A stretch of 64,000 bases of DNA from Azolla caroliniana (taxonomy: Eukaryota; Plantae; Polypodiophyta): positions 4,402,001 to 4,466,000 of the forward strand of contig JBHGNT010000008.1 of NCBI GenBank assembly GCA_043228905.1, written 5' to 3'. Shown here in pieces: positions 37,147-50,087 of the stretch. The position numbers and the translations under genes were made by a program. The number at the start of each line of letters is the position of its first letter. Position 1 is the stretch's first letter. The notes under the pieces were generated by a model that worked only from the letters and a program-made list of their open reading frames with translations, did no database searches and was not told the origin of the DNA.

Positions 37147-38850
37147 TTTTCCTTCACGTCAGGTTCACCAAATGTGTCGGGGTAGTTGTGGTTCATGCAG
37201 CGAAGTCGCAGGGACTAAGGTTAAAAGGAGTTGGCTATATATTTTATAAGGCTTGTGCACAATGTTAGAAAGATTAAGGATAGGAAGAACAAAAGTTAGA
37301 AGTAATGTGCGAGCGACATATGACCATAGATAAGAGATAAGAGACAATGTATGATTTAAGAAGTGAAAATGTATTATAAGAACAAGCTTTATATTACCAA
37401 AATTAACAAAGTTACACTGTTGATCACAAGATGCGACTTTTCTTTCGCTGAATTCTAGATTTGAACCCTTGAATCCAACTTTAAACCACGAGCCTCTTCA
37501 CCCACAAGCTAACTTATTTATTTGATTATATTATTCTCTAAATTTCTCTTCTTGATTGATTCCTCTTGTTTTCCTTGCCCCTCTTTATTTAAGTGTTGCC
37601 ATGCATATGGTAATGTATGGGAGCATGGCATGCATGCAATGCATGAGTTACATGTAATGCATGATCGCCATTTGGCGCACATGCATTGCACGTGATGCAT
37701 GATAGCCATCATGCTCACTTGAGCTCCCATGTATGAAAATAGATATGGGATAAGTATAATGATGAAAATGGATACTAAAATAACTAACACAGCTTAATGG
37801 TGTATACTTTGGGTTTGGTATAGAAGGTTGAGAGTTCAAGTCTCTCAATTTTACTCAATATAATATATAGCTTCATTCTTATATCATGAAGCACAGTTTT
37901 TACAAACTCTTACAAATAAATAACTTAGCTTAGTGGTATATACATTGTACTTTGTATATATGGATGTGGGTTCAAGTCTCTTAAATACAATTTTTAAGCT
38001 CATTTTCATATCATGAAGCACATTCTTCACAACAACGCATGCAAGGGAACTGGAGATGTAAACTGAAGTTCCTTCATGCAAGTGTATTTGCAGGGACAAA
38101 ACTAGGAATCCTAATTTTCTTAAGGGGAGCCATCCATCAATGAAAGATATCACCCAAAAACCCTAAATTTCCTATCGAATCCAAAGTCCTTAATTTTTGG
38201 ATCAAAGCCATATCTCTCGTATAACCCTAATTTTCCTTACGGAAGTTGTAAAGAATCAAGAGATGGATTCTTGTGAAGCGGAATAGGTGTGAATTGTGTG
38301 TGTGTGTGTGTATGAGATAGAGAGAGAGACACACACACACACAGAGTATACGCAAGGTTAAGTATATTAGCAAAGGAGAAAGACACAACATTATACAAGG
38401 TGGGAGGAGGGTGCTTTATGTAGTCACCCTCTCTCTTCATTAACTACAAGGCTCATGTAGCATGGGGAATGTGAAAGCTCATAAGTTATGTGTCATAGAA
38501 TATGATTCTATGACTCATATACTAAATGCTAGAATACAAAGAGGTGACTTAATGGTGACTCTTGACCGTTGGAGTGTCTATTCACTCTCAAGGCGAGTTC
38601 ACACACTAGACCCAGTTGAGCTTGATTCTCAACACGCCCCCTCAAGCTCAAGTCGGGTCGATTTCAGACGGTATTCGAAATCCGCTTCGACTCGCGTTCC
38701 GGAGTCCGCGTCGACTCGTGTTGATTCGCTTTATGCGGAGTTGCGGAATCCATGCTCCAGCTTGCATTGTGCATAGTTGCGAAGTCTGTGCTTCGCCTTG
38801 CGTCTTTCTTCGCGGCTTGCGTAGTGTGCGCGGCTTGCGGAATCCACGCG

Positions 38851-41800
38851 TTATTGCGTAATGTCTTCAATACTCCCCCTCAAGCTTGGCAGGTCAAGGA
38901 TGGTCAATCCGAGATCGGTCATGAATTGCCATAGCTTGTCGGCTCCTAAGGCTTTAGTGAAGATGTCGACCGTTTGAAGATTGGTGCTAATGTGTTGTAG
39001 GTCGACATCGCCAGCCAGAACGCGCTCTCGGATGAAGTGATAGTGCACTTCGATGTGCTTTGTTCGCACGTGGAACACCGGGTTCCAAGCCAGATAGATA
39101 TTGCTCATGTTGTCGCAGTAAAGGGAAGTCGGATCCTTGACGGGTACGCCCAGATCCTTCAAAATCCTCTTGAGCCATACGGCTTCACATGCAGCTATGA
39201 TTGCGCCCCTGTATTCCGCCTCCGTACTCGAAAGAGCGACGATAGGCTGCTTCTTGCTACTCCAGGATATTGCGCCGCTGCCGAGGTAGAAAACAAATCC
39301 AGAGGTTGATCTTCTATCGACTTTGTAGCCGACCCAATCGGCGTCGCAGTACCCCTCGAGTCGTATTGGCATCGTGGTCTTGTAGAGGATGCCGCAATCC
39401 ATTGTGCCGCTCACGTATCGTAGAACTCACTTAGCGCAATCCAAGTGAGTATCACGCGGTGTTTGCATGAATTGGCTAAGGAGATCGACTGGATAACTGA
39501 GATCGGGTCGTGTGATCGTGAGGTAGATGAGACTCCCGATGAGTTGCCGATACTGAGTTGGCTCACACGCTTTGGTGCCGGAGTTCGCATCTAGTTTGAG
39601 GTTGCGATCAAGCGGGGTTGCTGCGGATTTGCACTCAGCCATCCCGAACTTGTATAACAAATTGAGGATGTAGTGCCGTTGAGAGATCATGATTCCGTCC
39701 GGAGTCCGAATTACCTTGATGCCGAGGAAGTAGTGGAGCTCCTTCATGTCCGTCATCTTGAACTTGTCGAAAAGGAGGGATTTGACTTTATTGATTTCGA
39801 CGAGATGCTCACCTCCAATGACTAGGTCATCAACATATAAAATGATGACGATACGACTTGTGGAATTGCTTTGTATGTAGAGGGAGTTGTTCGATTTTGA
39901 CATATGGAAGCCGATTTGATGAAGATATTACGTTATCTTCGAATGCCAAGCACGCGGTGCTTGCTTGAGGCCGTAGAGAGGCTTCTTGAGTCAGCATATA
40001 GCTTTCGGATGGGTGCTCGAGTTGAAGCCAGGTGGTTGGATCATGTACACCTCCTCTTCTAAATCACCTTTCAGAAAGGTGTTCTTGACGTCCATTTGAT
40101 GGAGGTGCCACCCTTTCGCCGCGGCAAGCGCAATTACGGTCCGCACCGTCGTCATCTTTGCCACCGGGGCAAAGGTCTCTTCGTAGTCGACGCCATGCGT
40201 CTGAGCGTATCCTTTTGCTACGAGTCGAGATTTGTAGCGGTTTACGGAGCCATCGGCATTATAGTTCACCTTGTAGATCCATCTGCATCCGATCGCCTCT
40301 TTGTGTGGTGAGGTGGAAACGAGATCCCACGTCCCGTTCTTCCGTAGTGCCTGCATCTCCTCGTTCATTGCTTCGATCCATCGCGGGTCCTTCACGGCTT
40401 CCGAAAAGGTTTCCGGCTCCCGTACTATTGCTACCTTCATCATAAAGGCGTAATGGTACGCCATATAATCGTTGTAGCCGAATCGGCTTACGGGGTTTTT
40501 TTCACGGGTGGATCGGCGGAGCTTTTCATTTGCAGAGATGAGGGCTTTCTTAGCTCCGATTGGTACCTCGAAACCGCCGAACTCACTGTCGAATGAGTGA
40601 GTCGACTCATCGTCGTTGAAGTGATCGTGTTCGTATTCCAACATTTTCGCCTTGCCTTTTTCCATCTTCGGGCTAGGCCGTTATGTGCTTTGATCACTCA
40701 AAGGCTCTGGTGGTTCGCTCAATCGGATCGTGATCGGACTTTCTTCGAATATGAGCATAAGGAGATCTTCATCCTAGATCTCTTGTTCGATGAATTCTGG
40801 GTTGAGCGGAGTCGGAGTTGGAGTTGTCTCTGGTGCGTACCAGGATGCGGACTCATAAAAAACGACGTCTCGACTTACTCGAGATTTTCAAGTTGAGGGG
40901 TTGTAGCACTTGTACCCCTTTCGCTCCAATGAGTATCCTACGAGGATACATTTCTCCGACTTTGGGTCAAGCTTTTGATGCTTCTCGTCGGGGATGTGCA
41001 CGTACACTATCGCGCCGAATATCCGGATGTGCGATAAGTCCGACATCTTTCCGAAGTATTTTTCATGCGGAGTGACCTCGTGCACGCCGGATGTTGTGCA
41101 CTGGTTCATTAGGTAGACAACCGTATTTGCAGCTTCGGCCCAATATGACTTGGGCATATGCTTCTCGTTCATCATGGCCCGCGCTACTTCGAGGATGTGC
41201 CGATTTTTGCACTTGGCTACTCCGTTTTGTTGCGGAGTGTGTTGGCAAGTGAATTCTCGCCGAATTCCTTCCTTTTGGAGATACGCCGTGAAATCGTCCA
41301 AGAAGTACTCCTTGTCGTCATCTGATCGTAGGCATCGTACATGTCGGCCCGTGGCTTTCTCGACTTCATTCTTGAAATTTTGGAAGTGTCCGAACACTTC
41401 GCTCTTTTGCCTCATCGGGTAGATCCAAGTGTGCCTAGAGAAGTCGTCGATGAAGAGCACGTAATATCGGCATCCGCCGAATGTAGCTGTCTGCGCCGGT
41501 CCCCATACGTCGGAATGGACTACGTCAAGTAGACCTTTGCTCACGTTCCGCTCTTTCGAGAATGGGTGTCGGTGTTGCTTGCCGAATTGGCACGCTTTGC
41601 ATACACCTTCAATCTCCTGCTCTTTGAATGTCGGGAGTCCGATGACGACTCCTTTCGATTTCATTGCTTTGAGTTTGTTGAGATTGATGTGGCCGATTCC
41701 CTTGTGCCATAGCTCTATGTCGGAGTCGGCTTTCGTGTTTTTCGCGAACATGGCGGATTTCATCTCGCGTGAATCGAGAATGAACATCCGGCCCTCTCTT

Positions 41801-44037
41801 CGTCCGCGTGCGATGAGTCGGACCTCTTTTTCGATGAAGCAACCGCCTTGATTAAATCAAACTTGCATCCCTTGCTCTACAATTTGGCCGACGGAGACCA
41901 AATTCTTCGTCATGGTTGGTACATGCAAGACATTTTTAATGTAATTTTGCTTACCTTCTTTTTCGAACGGAACATTGCCAATGTGCCGAATCAGGTGCGT
42001 AGTGTCGTCTCCGGTTTCGACATAGCCGGGTCGGTCCGGATCTCGAAGTTCTCGGAACCATTCTTGATGCGATGTCATATGGTTCGAGGCACCGGAATCG
42101 ACGAACCATACGTCTTCCGAACCGGAGGCATTAGTTGAGGTAGCGGCCGACATAGAGTTTGCTCTATGTTTCATCATGAACATTCCGCCACAGTCGGAGT
42201 TGTGCGCATACATTTTGCCACGATCTTCGTAGTCGGAGTTGTGCTCGTACATTTCGCCACGGTCGGAGTTGTGTGCATACATTCCGCCACGATCTTCGTA
42301 GTCGGAGTTGTGTGCGTTGTCGTGCCTTTCGACGCCAGATCGTTTGCGTGAGTCGGGTGGGAACCACTGGGGTTATGGACTAGGAAGAGGAAGAATTTGA
42401 GGCGATTTTAATTATGTATAGATTATTGGAAGCTTGTGAATCCCACAAGTAGAGTTGTTTTAGTTTGTCTTAATCATAGTAATAAATTGAAATAGTTTAG
42501 AATAGTTTAGAGTAGAAATAGAAAAGAGATCAAACCTTGTGAATCCCACAAGTATTACATTAATCAATATTTATGTAAGAATATGAATTTAGATTGAAAG
42601 AGATAGATTATATAAAACTTCGTGAATCCCATGATTATATTAATTGGTGTTTTAGGAAATATATCCAATTTCCCCAAATATTTTTTACACCCGCCACTAC
42701 ATTGTGCTCCCCATCATTATGTAGTGATGAGGGAGTCTTAGCAATCCATGCTTTTTCTTCTCTAACTATAGACTCCATGCTTTTCCTATAGATAGACTAT
42801 ATGCTTTATCTAAAGTGATTATGCTTTTTCTAACTTGTGCGTTTTTTATCAACTATAGCGTTCATGCACGCTAGATGTGCATGCGTAGCTTTTTCTTTTA
42901 GCATGCGTTTTTCTTTTAACTAAAGTTTATCCTACGTGAACTTACCTTTTTTATGTGGGACATCTACTTTTTAACACAAATGAAATGTTAGTGTAATGGT
43001 AAGATGTTACATTATTAACATAGAGGTGCAAGGTTTGAATCTTGCCCTATGCATATTATATATTTTTTAATATTTTCTACTATTTATTCATATTTATTAA
43101 ATCGGTACTTTATAAGTTTTTCACGTAGTGTACGAAATACAATATGACAGCGTAATTCGTGAGTTGTTGGCTTGTGGAAGCCGATTCACGCATCTTCTTT
43201 CGGCACTCTTCTTCATGGTGGTCGAGCTTTCCGCAATATCCGCATTCAGTTGCGTTTTGACGGCTCGGGCCGGAGTGGAAGCTCCCCCTTCTTGCGAAGG
43301 TTCCTCGTTGGCCTCCGTTTTGCGGCCGAAATTGGGAGTTGTTGTCGTAGGTCGGACCTTGTCCGCCTTGTCCTTGGCCGAATCGGCCTCTCGCTCGTCC
43401 GCGTCCTCTTCCTCCATTAGAGTGCGTGTAGAGTATGTGGCCTTCTGACCCATTGCTCCTTGTACGCACGTGGTTTTCTTCGACCAATAGCATTGATTGG
43501 AGCTCGACGAAGGAGGGAGATTTCTCCCGTGCTAGAACGGCGGTTCGCATCGCGCCAAACCGTGGTGCGAGGCTGCCGAGGCATATTTGCACCATCTCAT
43601 CATCATCTATACTTACGTTTATTGAGCCGAGCGAGTTGCAAAGCTCCTTGATCTTCAAGGTGTATGTCATGATGGACATGTCCCTTTGTTGAATGTTGTT
43701 CAACTCTTGGCGAAAGTTGAAGCTTCCTCGTGGTCTTGTTGGCGGCGAAAATCTTTTGTAGATTTTCCCACGCTTCCTTCAGCGTCTTGGCTTCTCGAAT
43801 GTAACCGAGCATGTGATCGTGAACACATGTCACCAAACAATACATCACGCGGCTTGCGGCTTGCTCCCATGTCACGTATCCGGGAGCCGCTTCGGCGGGT
43901 TGTTCTTCATGTGCTCCTTTGATGTAGCTCCAATAGCCTTGTCCGACAAGGTATTGGTGCATTTTGTACTCCCAAGATGCGAAGTTGTTTCGATCCAACT
44001 TCTCGGTAGGGAGAGCACTCCCCATTTGAGTATTCAT
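38851..44037 (-). pseudogene. gag-pol: Copia C gag-pol fragments
   Basis: CGYCGKLDH, FVDSGAS, VHSDVWGP, YVDD, CDADW; multiple stops. Confidence 0.93.
42318..43149. mobile_element. Solo LTR of the TGTCG-type Gypsy group, inserted in Copia C gag
   Basis: TGTCGTG...ATGACA termini with 4-bp TSD GCGT; host reading frame rejoins across it. Confidence 0.88.
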
Positions 44038-44263
44038 TATGTCGATTCTTCTTCTTCTTCTTCTCTCTTCGATTGTGAGCTATGTAGCGAAGCTACGATA
44101 GCTATGAGCCAGTTCTTGATTGTCGGCGTAGAGCTCAACACACGATCATGATGAGGCGAATGGGCTAGATCGAGCTACCAAATTGCTCTGATACCATGTA
44201 AAGAATCAAGAGATGGATTCTTGTGAAGCGGAATAGGTGTGAACTGTGTGTGTGTGTGTGTGT

Positions 44264-44304
<41 letters not shown>

Positions 44305-45594
44305 AGATAGAGAGACTGAGACTGAGACTGAGTATATGCAAGGTTAAGTATATTAGCAAAGGAGAAAGACACAACATTATACAAGGTGGGAGGAGGGTGC
44401 TTTATGTAGTCACCCTCTCTCTTCATTAACTACAAGGCTCATGTAGCATGGGGAATGTGAAAGCTCATAAGTTATGTGTCATAGAATATGATTCTATGAC
44501 TCATACTAAATGCTAGAATACAAAGAGGTGACTTAATGGTAACTCTTGATCGTTGGAGTGTCTATTCACTCTCAAGGTGAGTTCACACACTAGACCAAGT
44601 TGAGCTTGATTCTCAACAGAAGCCATATCTCATGTATAACCCTAATTTTCCATGTGGAAGCTATATCTCTCAAAAGCCCTAAATTTCTTATCTAAGCCAT
44701 ATCTTGGAAAACCCTAACCCTATTTTGTTTTTCTTATCGAAGCCTCATAATTCCTTAACTTTTATAATCCCAATCTCGGGATAGATTGTAATGTTTCTCT
44801 TTCTTTACTGATAAAAATTATCAAACTTTGTCATATCGGTTAATTCTTAATACAAAAACGCACGAAATTGATATCCTCTGGTTGGAGGCCCCGGGGTCCT
44901 GCCTCATGTTCACATGTCTTCGTCGTATTTTCATGACAACGGCAATGCTCCAACAATGCAGACTAAAGCTAGAATTCTGGGCCAAAACTGTTGATGAGCA
45001 ACTCGACCAAGGTCGAATCCAGATGTGGAGTACCCGGCAAGGAAGACCCGGTGAGAACCGGATGTTGCAAGCCTGGTGAGAACCTCTCATCGGATGGAAG
45101 GGACATATATGTAAATATGTTCCAGAGAGCCTAACGGGGCTATATTTGTAAATAGCCCGAAATTCATATTAATATAAATATGACCTAGGGCAAACTTAAT
45201 AGTGATGATGTAGAGTTGGTTGTGTGATTATCGTTGTGGCGATAATTCAGAGCGCAATTGCATACAGAGAAGAGAGAGAGAGAGGAAGAGGTTGTTGCCT
45301 CTATCGTAACCGCCTGGTGGTGAAGCGAGGGAGCAAGAGGTCGTTGCCTCTGTGCCCCATTGTTGTAATCTTGATATAGTGCTATTTTGCAGTCTGAGGG
45401 CTGCCGTGGTTTTTTCCCATATTTGGGTTTTCCACGTTAACATCCTGTGCACTCTCTTCTTTACTCTTTCGTGCGTAGATACATCTCTCCACATCCCTGT
45501 TTTCTGTGATTGATCCGACGTCTCTATTGCGGCCGAGCATAGGTGGAGACAAGTATCCTATCAAAGTGGTATCAGAGCGAAACGACACAGAAAA

Positions 45595-46100
45595 ATGTAC
45601 GATTCGTTGGGAGGCATGTTCAAGCTCACCGGCTCCAACTATTCAGTGTGGAAGTCGAAGATGAGGGACATGCTCGTGGTTAAAGATCTTTGGTTGCCGG
45701 TTCAGTTCGGGGACAAGAGACTGGATAGAATCGATGCCACGATATGGGAGGTGATGCACATGAAGACGACGGCGTACATACGGTGCTTCATCAACATGAG
45801 TCTATACAACAACTTCAATGAAGAGAGCAAGGCTCATGAGCTCTGGGAGAAGATCGACATTATGTTTCAAAACAAAAATGTTGTTAATCAGGTTTCAGTA
45901 TTTTGGAAGCTAGTAAGACTCTGGTACCAAGATGGCTCCAGCATGGCAGAGCACATGAATGCCTTCCAGGGGCTGATCCACCAGGCAACATCAATGGAAG
46001 TACCTCTCGCCGATGAGGTACTAGCACTACTCCTGCTCGGTTCCCTCCCAGATAGTTGGGAGACATTGGTTGTCACTTTGGGCAACGCCGGGCCGGAAGG
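45595..46100 (+). pseudogene. gag: Copia E gag N-terminus
   Basis: LTGSNYSVWKSKM...LLGSLPDSWETLVVTL. Confidence 0.9.
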
Positions 46101-46471
46101 TGTTGTATGTCTGGCTGGACTAGCCACAACACATGTGTCTATCCGACACTTCTCCAAAGGGGTGGTAGGGATAGGATGTTAATACACGCGTATGATAATT
46201 ACACTTAAGCACAGACGAAGACAAGATCAATAAACATAAGCAAGACTATATTCATTCTTCGTCCCTTCATTACAAAACATCGGATCCTTTTATAGGCATC
46301 CGACCAGATTACAATCGGTGCTCTTAGGCAACCATTAACCGAAACCGAATCGGTTCGGATCCGGATCGGTTACACTACCGAATCCGTCCCTCCTAATAAT
46401 TCTATTCCTATTTCTATATTTATCCGATCCGACCTTGCTTTCCCATTTGCCTTCTCTGACCGGCCAACACA

Positions 46472-46512
46472 TGGCACGCCCGTGGGAAAGTGCATTGCAC
46501 TTCGAACCCACA
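46472..46512 (-). other. tRNA(Arg-like) 3' half ending in CCA at the PPT position
   Basis: Sense strand TGTGGGTTCGA-agtgcaatgcactt-TCCCACGGGCGTGCCA, 2 nt before the 3' LTR. Confidence 0.8.
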
Positions 46513-46543
46513 GCCGGCTTCAGTCTTCCTCCAAATTATCCAG

Positions 46544-49483
46544 CTAACTCCGCTCAGAGGTTTCAAGTGTTGTCTCGCCTGTGCCGTCTCTGACTTCCGA
46601 TTGGATTGGCTGCCTTTTCGCATCTTGCTGCTCCGACTCTGCTTGTACCGGTGGTACCGGTGTTTCTTCTGTATCCTGTCCGGGTCTGTCCTGCTCTACC
46701 TCCGTTCTGTTCCCGGTATCGCTTTCTCCGGTTTCCACTGGTTGTGTCCTTTCCTCCCCGGATTCGGTACTTCCCAGTCTCCACTCTGCATCATCCCCGG
46801 CATCAACCTGTTCTTGCTCCGGAAGTTCTTCCTCGGGTAATTCTTGTCGGGGTGCGTTGTCGGTTGGGTCCTCTTCAGCCGATCGCTCGCCCTCACTGAT
46901 GGAGATCGGCGTTGTGTGTCCCTCGACTTCCTGTCGCAGTCGGTCCTTCTCGTACCCTTCCAATTCTAGTTGGGTTTCGAGTTGTCCGTCATCCAACCTC
47001 TCTACTAACCCTCGGATTTCCTTGAGATGCTCTTCTGCTAGAGCATAGAAATCCTCCGACAGTTCTTCCCGGATGTTGACGATACTTTCTTCGTCCATTT
47101 TATAGAACCCATCTCCGGTTTTCTTCTGATTCTCTGCGTCAGCTCGGAGTATCTGCAGTTCAGCTGCCTGTTGTGCCCATTCCCTCCAGAGCTTCTCCGT
47201 GCTTTCATTTATGCTGGCCTGAGCTCGGGTACTCCAACTTGACATGATGAACTTAATTCGGCCAACCCCTGCTTTAGCCTGTTCCGAAGCTGCTTGTTTT
47301 TCCTTCCTTATCCGTTTGATGATGTCGGCCATTAACTGAGCTTGAGCTTCAGAGTCGACTTTTTGCTTGTCACAGGTACTCCGCCATTTGTTGATTTCGA
47401 AAGTCGACTTCACTTTTTCCTCGTTCCAACTCTTTGTCAGCTCCCCTACTTTCTGCCGAAGTACTTCCATCTCTTTTCTTTGTTCCGACGTCAAGGTCTT
47501 CTCCACCGATACTTCCTCCCTTGCTTTGGACAATTCCAAGCGGTTTTCCTTGAGCTGCTCTTTCAGCTTTTCTATCTGTCGGTCGTACGTTGCTGCCTGA
47601 TTCTTGATGTCCGACGTGGCCTGTTTATAATCCTTACATAGTCGGTCGAATTCCTCCGTCTTCTGTTTTAGGCGTCAGTTCGCCTGATCTCGCAACCGAT
47701 CATCCCGGTCCTTTTGTTGTCGGAGTTCCTCTCGCAACCGCTCGATTTCCTGCTCCATTCGTCGGCGCAGCCTATCTTTTTCCTTTTGCAGTGTCCCGTT
47801 TTCTTCTTGTAGTCGGTCATTGGTGGCTTTGCTTCGGCGAAGGCCTTCCTCCATTCGCCGTCTGTCGTCTTCTACCAACTTCCGCTGCTCTCTTTCGTTA
47901 TCTCTCAATGCCTCCTGAGCCTGTAATTCTTCTTTCAAAGTTGCTATTAACTTCTCGGTCTCAGGGCCGGTTTGCAAGGCCTTCTCCGTTTCTGGTTCGG
48001 CTTGCTTTTCTGATGTCCCGACCGGCTCGGTGCCATCTTGCGCTTGTCGGCTGCCTTCTTTTGCCTGTGCTAGCTCTTCTTGCAGCTCATGTAATTGTGC
48101 CCGGAGCATGACCATATCGTTAGTCGTCGTCCTAGTCACTTGTTCCCTTTGCTCCTCCTCTTTCTCCATCTGGTCTGCCACTCCCGACAACTGCCCTGAC
48201 ACCCACCTTAGCCATTGTGTCTTTGTTCTGCCTTCGTTGGTGTGAGCCGGCGTACCTAGCTCCGACTGTTTTTCCGGCTGTTTCTCCGGCCTCTTATCTT
48301 GCTCCGGCGCTTGTTCCTTTCTTGGTTCTTCGAACTCCGCCGCCGTCGGTTCCGGTACTGCCGTCTTCGGTGCAGACGGACCTTCATCCTGTGTTGCTTC
48401 TGTTCCGGTTACTGGTTCTTCCGCCCGTTGTTGAGTTCCGACCGCTGTTGGGGTCGGTCTTGTCGCCCGTTTCTCCTTTCCTTGCCTGGGTGGTAGTATT
48501 AACATCGGTTCGGATGAGTCTTCCTCTGTTTCAGCGTCCTCCGTCGCTGCGACTATCGGTTCCTTTACTGGTACCGGTTCCGATTCGAGCGTTACTGGTT
48601 CGGTGTCGGTTTGCCTCTTGCTGGTTTTCTTCGCCAGCTTCTCCTTGCCTTTTTCCGCCTTTTTCTTCTTCGTGGTCGGTTGCTGTTGCTGTTTCTGTGG
48701 CTGTCGTGATGGGCCTTCCTCCCGTTGCTGTCGGGAGGAGTCTTCTTCCCGCGGTTGTCGAGATGAGCCTTCTTTCCGCGGCTGTCGGGATAATCCCTCT
48801 TCCCGCGGTTGTCGAGATGAGCCTTCTTTCCGCGGCTGTCGGGATAATCCCTCTTCCCGCGGCGCTTCTTCTTCCTGTGTCCATCCTGGAGTGTGTTTCT
48901 CTAGGATTCGTCGGCGTTTCATGGTTTGCTTCGGGGTAGTCTCCTGCCGACTTCTTTGCTTGTGCTTGATGGGGGACACCGGTGGGACCAACACTGTTAA
49001 CCATTGGGATATTCCGGACCATGGCTTCTTCCCTTCCACCAAGTGCTTGATCGCCTCTTTCAGTCCTTCGGTGATGAAGTGGAGCCAGTCCACCTGCAGG
49101 CCTTCGAATGTCGCGATGACGATCGCTGCTCGGTATTTGGCTATGGCTGCCGGACGAGGGTTCACGAACCCATACTCCATCAGGGCGCGGGCCACCTCTC
49201 CGAACAGCAGGTTCTCTCCGCCCTGTGTGCGATACGCCTTGCTGCTGAGGGAATATTCGCCGAAATACTCGAAGAATATTTGGCTCGAGGGTAGCTCTAT
49301 TGTTTGAAGTCCACCCTCCGCAATCCCGGTGAGCGCATGTACCACTCCCTCGGTGACTTCTGCCAGGTCCACTGCTGTTGCCGCCTGCTCTGGTTCCTTG
49401 TGCGGTGGAGCGTCAGCGACCCGCAGCAGCCCTCCTAATCCGTTCTCTGTCAGCCATTGGCGCGCTCCTTCCGACAGTGCCAT
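46544..49483 (-). CDS. Gypsy F additional ORF (low-complexity, long coiled coil) with one internal stop
   Basis: ORFs 47675-49741 and 46544-47539 share a frame; likely ATG at 49483; 30-bp repeats at ~48715-48860. Confidence 0.75.
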
Positions 49484-50040
49484 CGCTTCTTCTTCCTCTG
49501 CTGCTGCCTGTGGTCTGAGGTCGGGGTGTGGGTGTTCTGCGCGTCGGATCTCGCTGTCTTGAGCCTGCGTTTGCTTGTGAGAAAATTCGTAAAAAGTGAA
49601 CCCTTCTCCGGTTCTTCCTTTATATAGTGGCGTTTCCCTGGAGCCGCCTTTTCCTCTTTTTCGCGCGTGCGTATCTTCTGCCATAATTAGCATGTCACTC
49701 TTTAATTTTGGCGTCTGCACGTCCTCTGCCTCGAATAGCATGTCCTATTTTTGGCGCCTGCGCATGCTCTGTCATGAATAGCATGTCCTATTTTTGGCGC
49801 CTGCGCATGCTCTGTCATGAATAGCATGTCTGTCCTTTGCTGCCGCGTGTCATGCCTGCGCTTCTTTGCCGCGTGTGTCGAATCTCCTACGTGTCTGTCA
49901 TTATGACTCCTTGATTGCCGCGCGTGTTAAATCTTGTACACCGGCCACCCACGTTCTGCGCTTTAAATAGCTCGTGCACCCGTGTGACGGTTGTAACTAC
50001 TTCCTTCATTACATTGATTTCTAACCGTAGCACCACGTCA

Positions 50041-50079
<39 letters not shown>

Positions 50080-50087
50080 GTGCCTCA

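Larger units (their letters stand above)
23712..38034 (-). mobile_element. Gypsy B, Trp-primed and degenerate
   Basis: LTRs 23712-24572 and 37175-38034; PBS 37153-37170; PPT 24573-24583; TSD ATGC/ACGC. Confidence 0.95.
38247..44618 (-). mobile_element. Copia C, degenerate
   Basis: LTRs 38247-38634 and 44197-44618 with (TG)n tracts; Met PBS 44185-44196; TSD GAAGT/GAAGC. Confidence 0.95.
19353..44938 (+). mobile_element. Gypsy A, non-autonomous (gag remnant only); 3' LTR split by elements B and C
   Basis: 5' LTR 19353-20944; Trp PBS 20949-20966; PPT ~22811-22822; 3' LTR pieces 22823-23711, 38035-38246 and 44619-44938; TSD ACGG. Confidence 0.92.
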
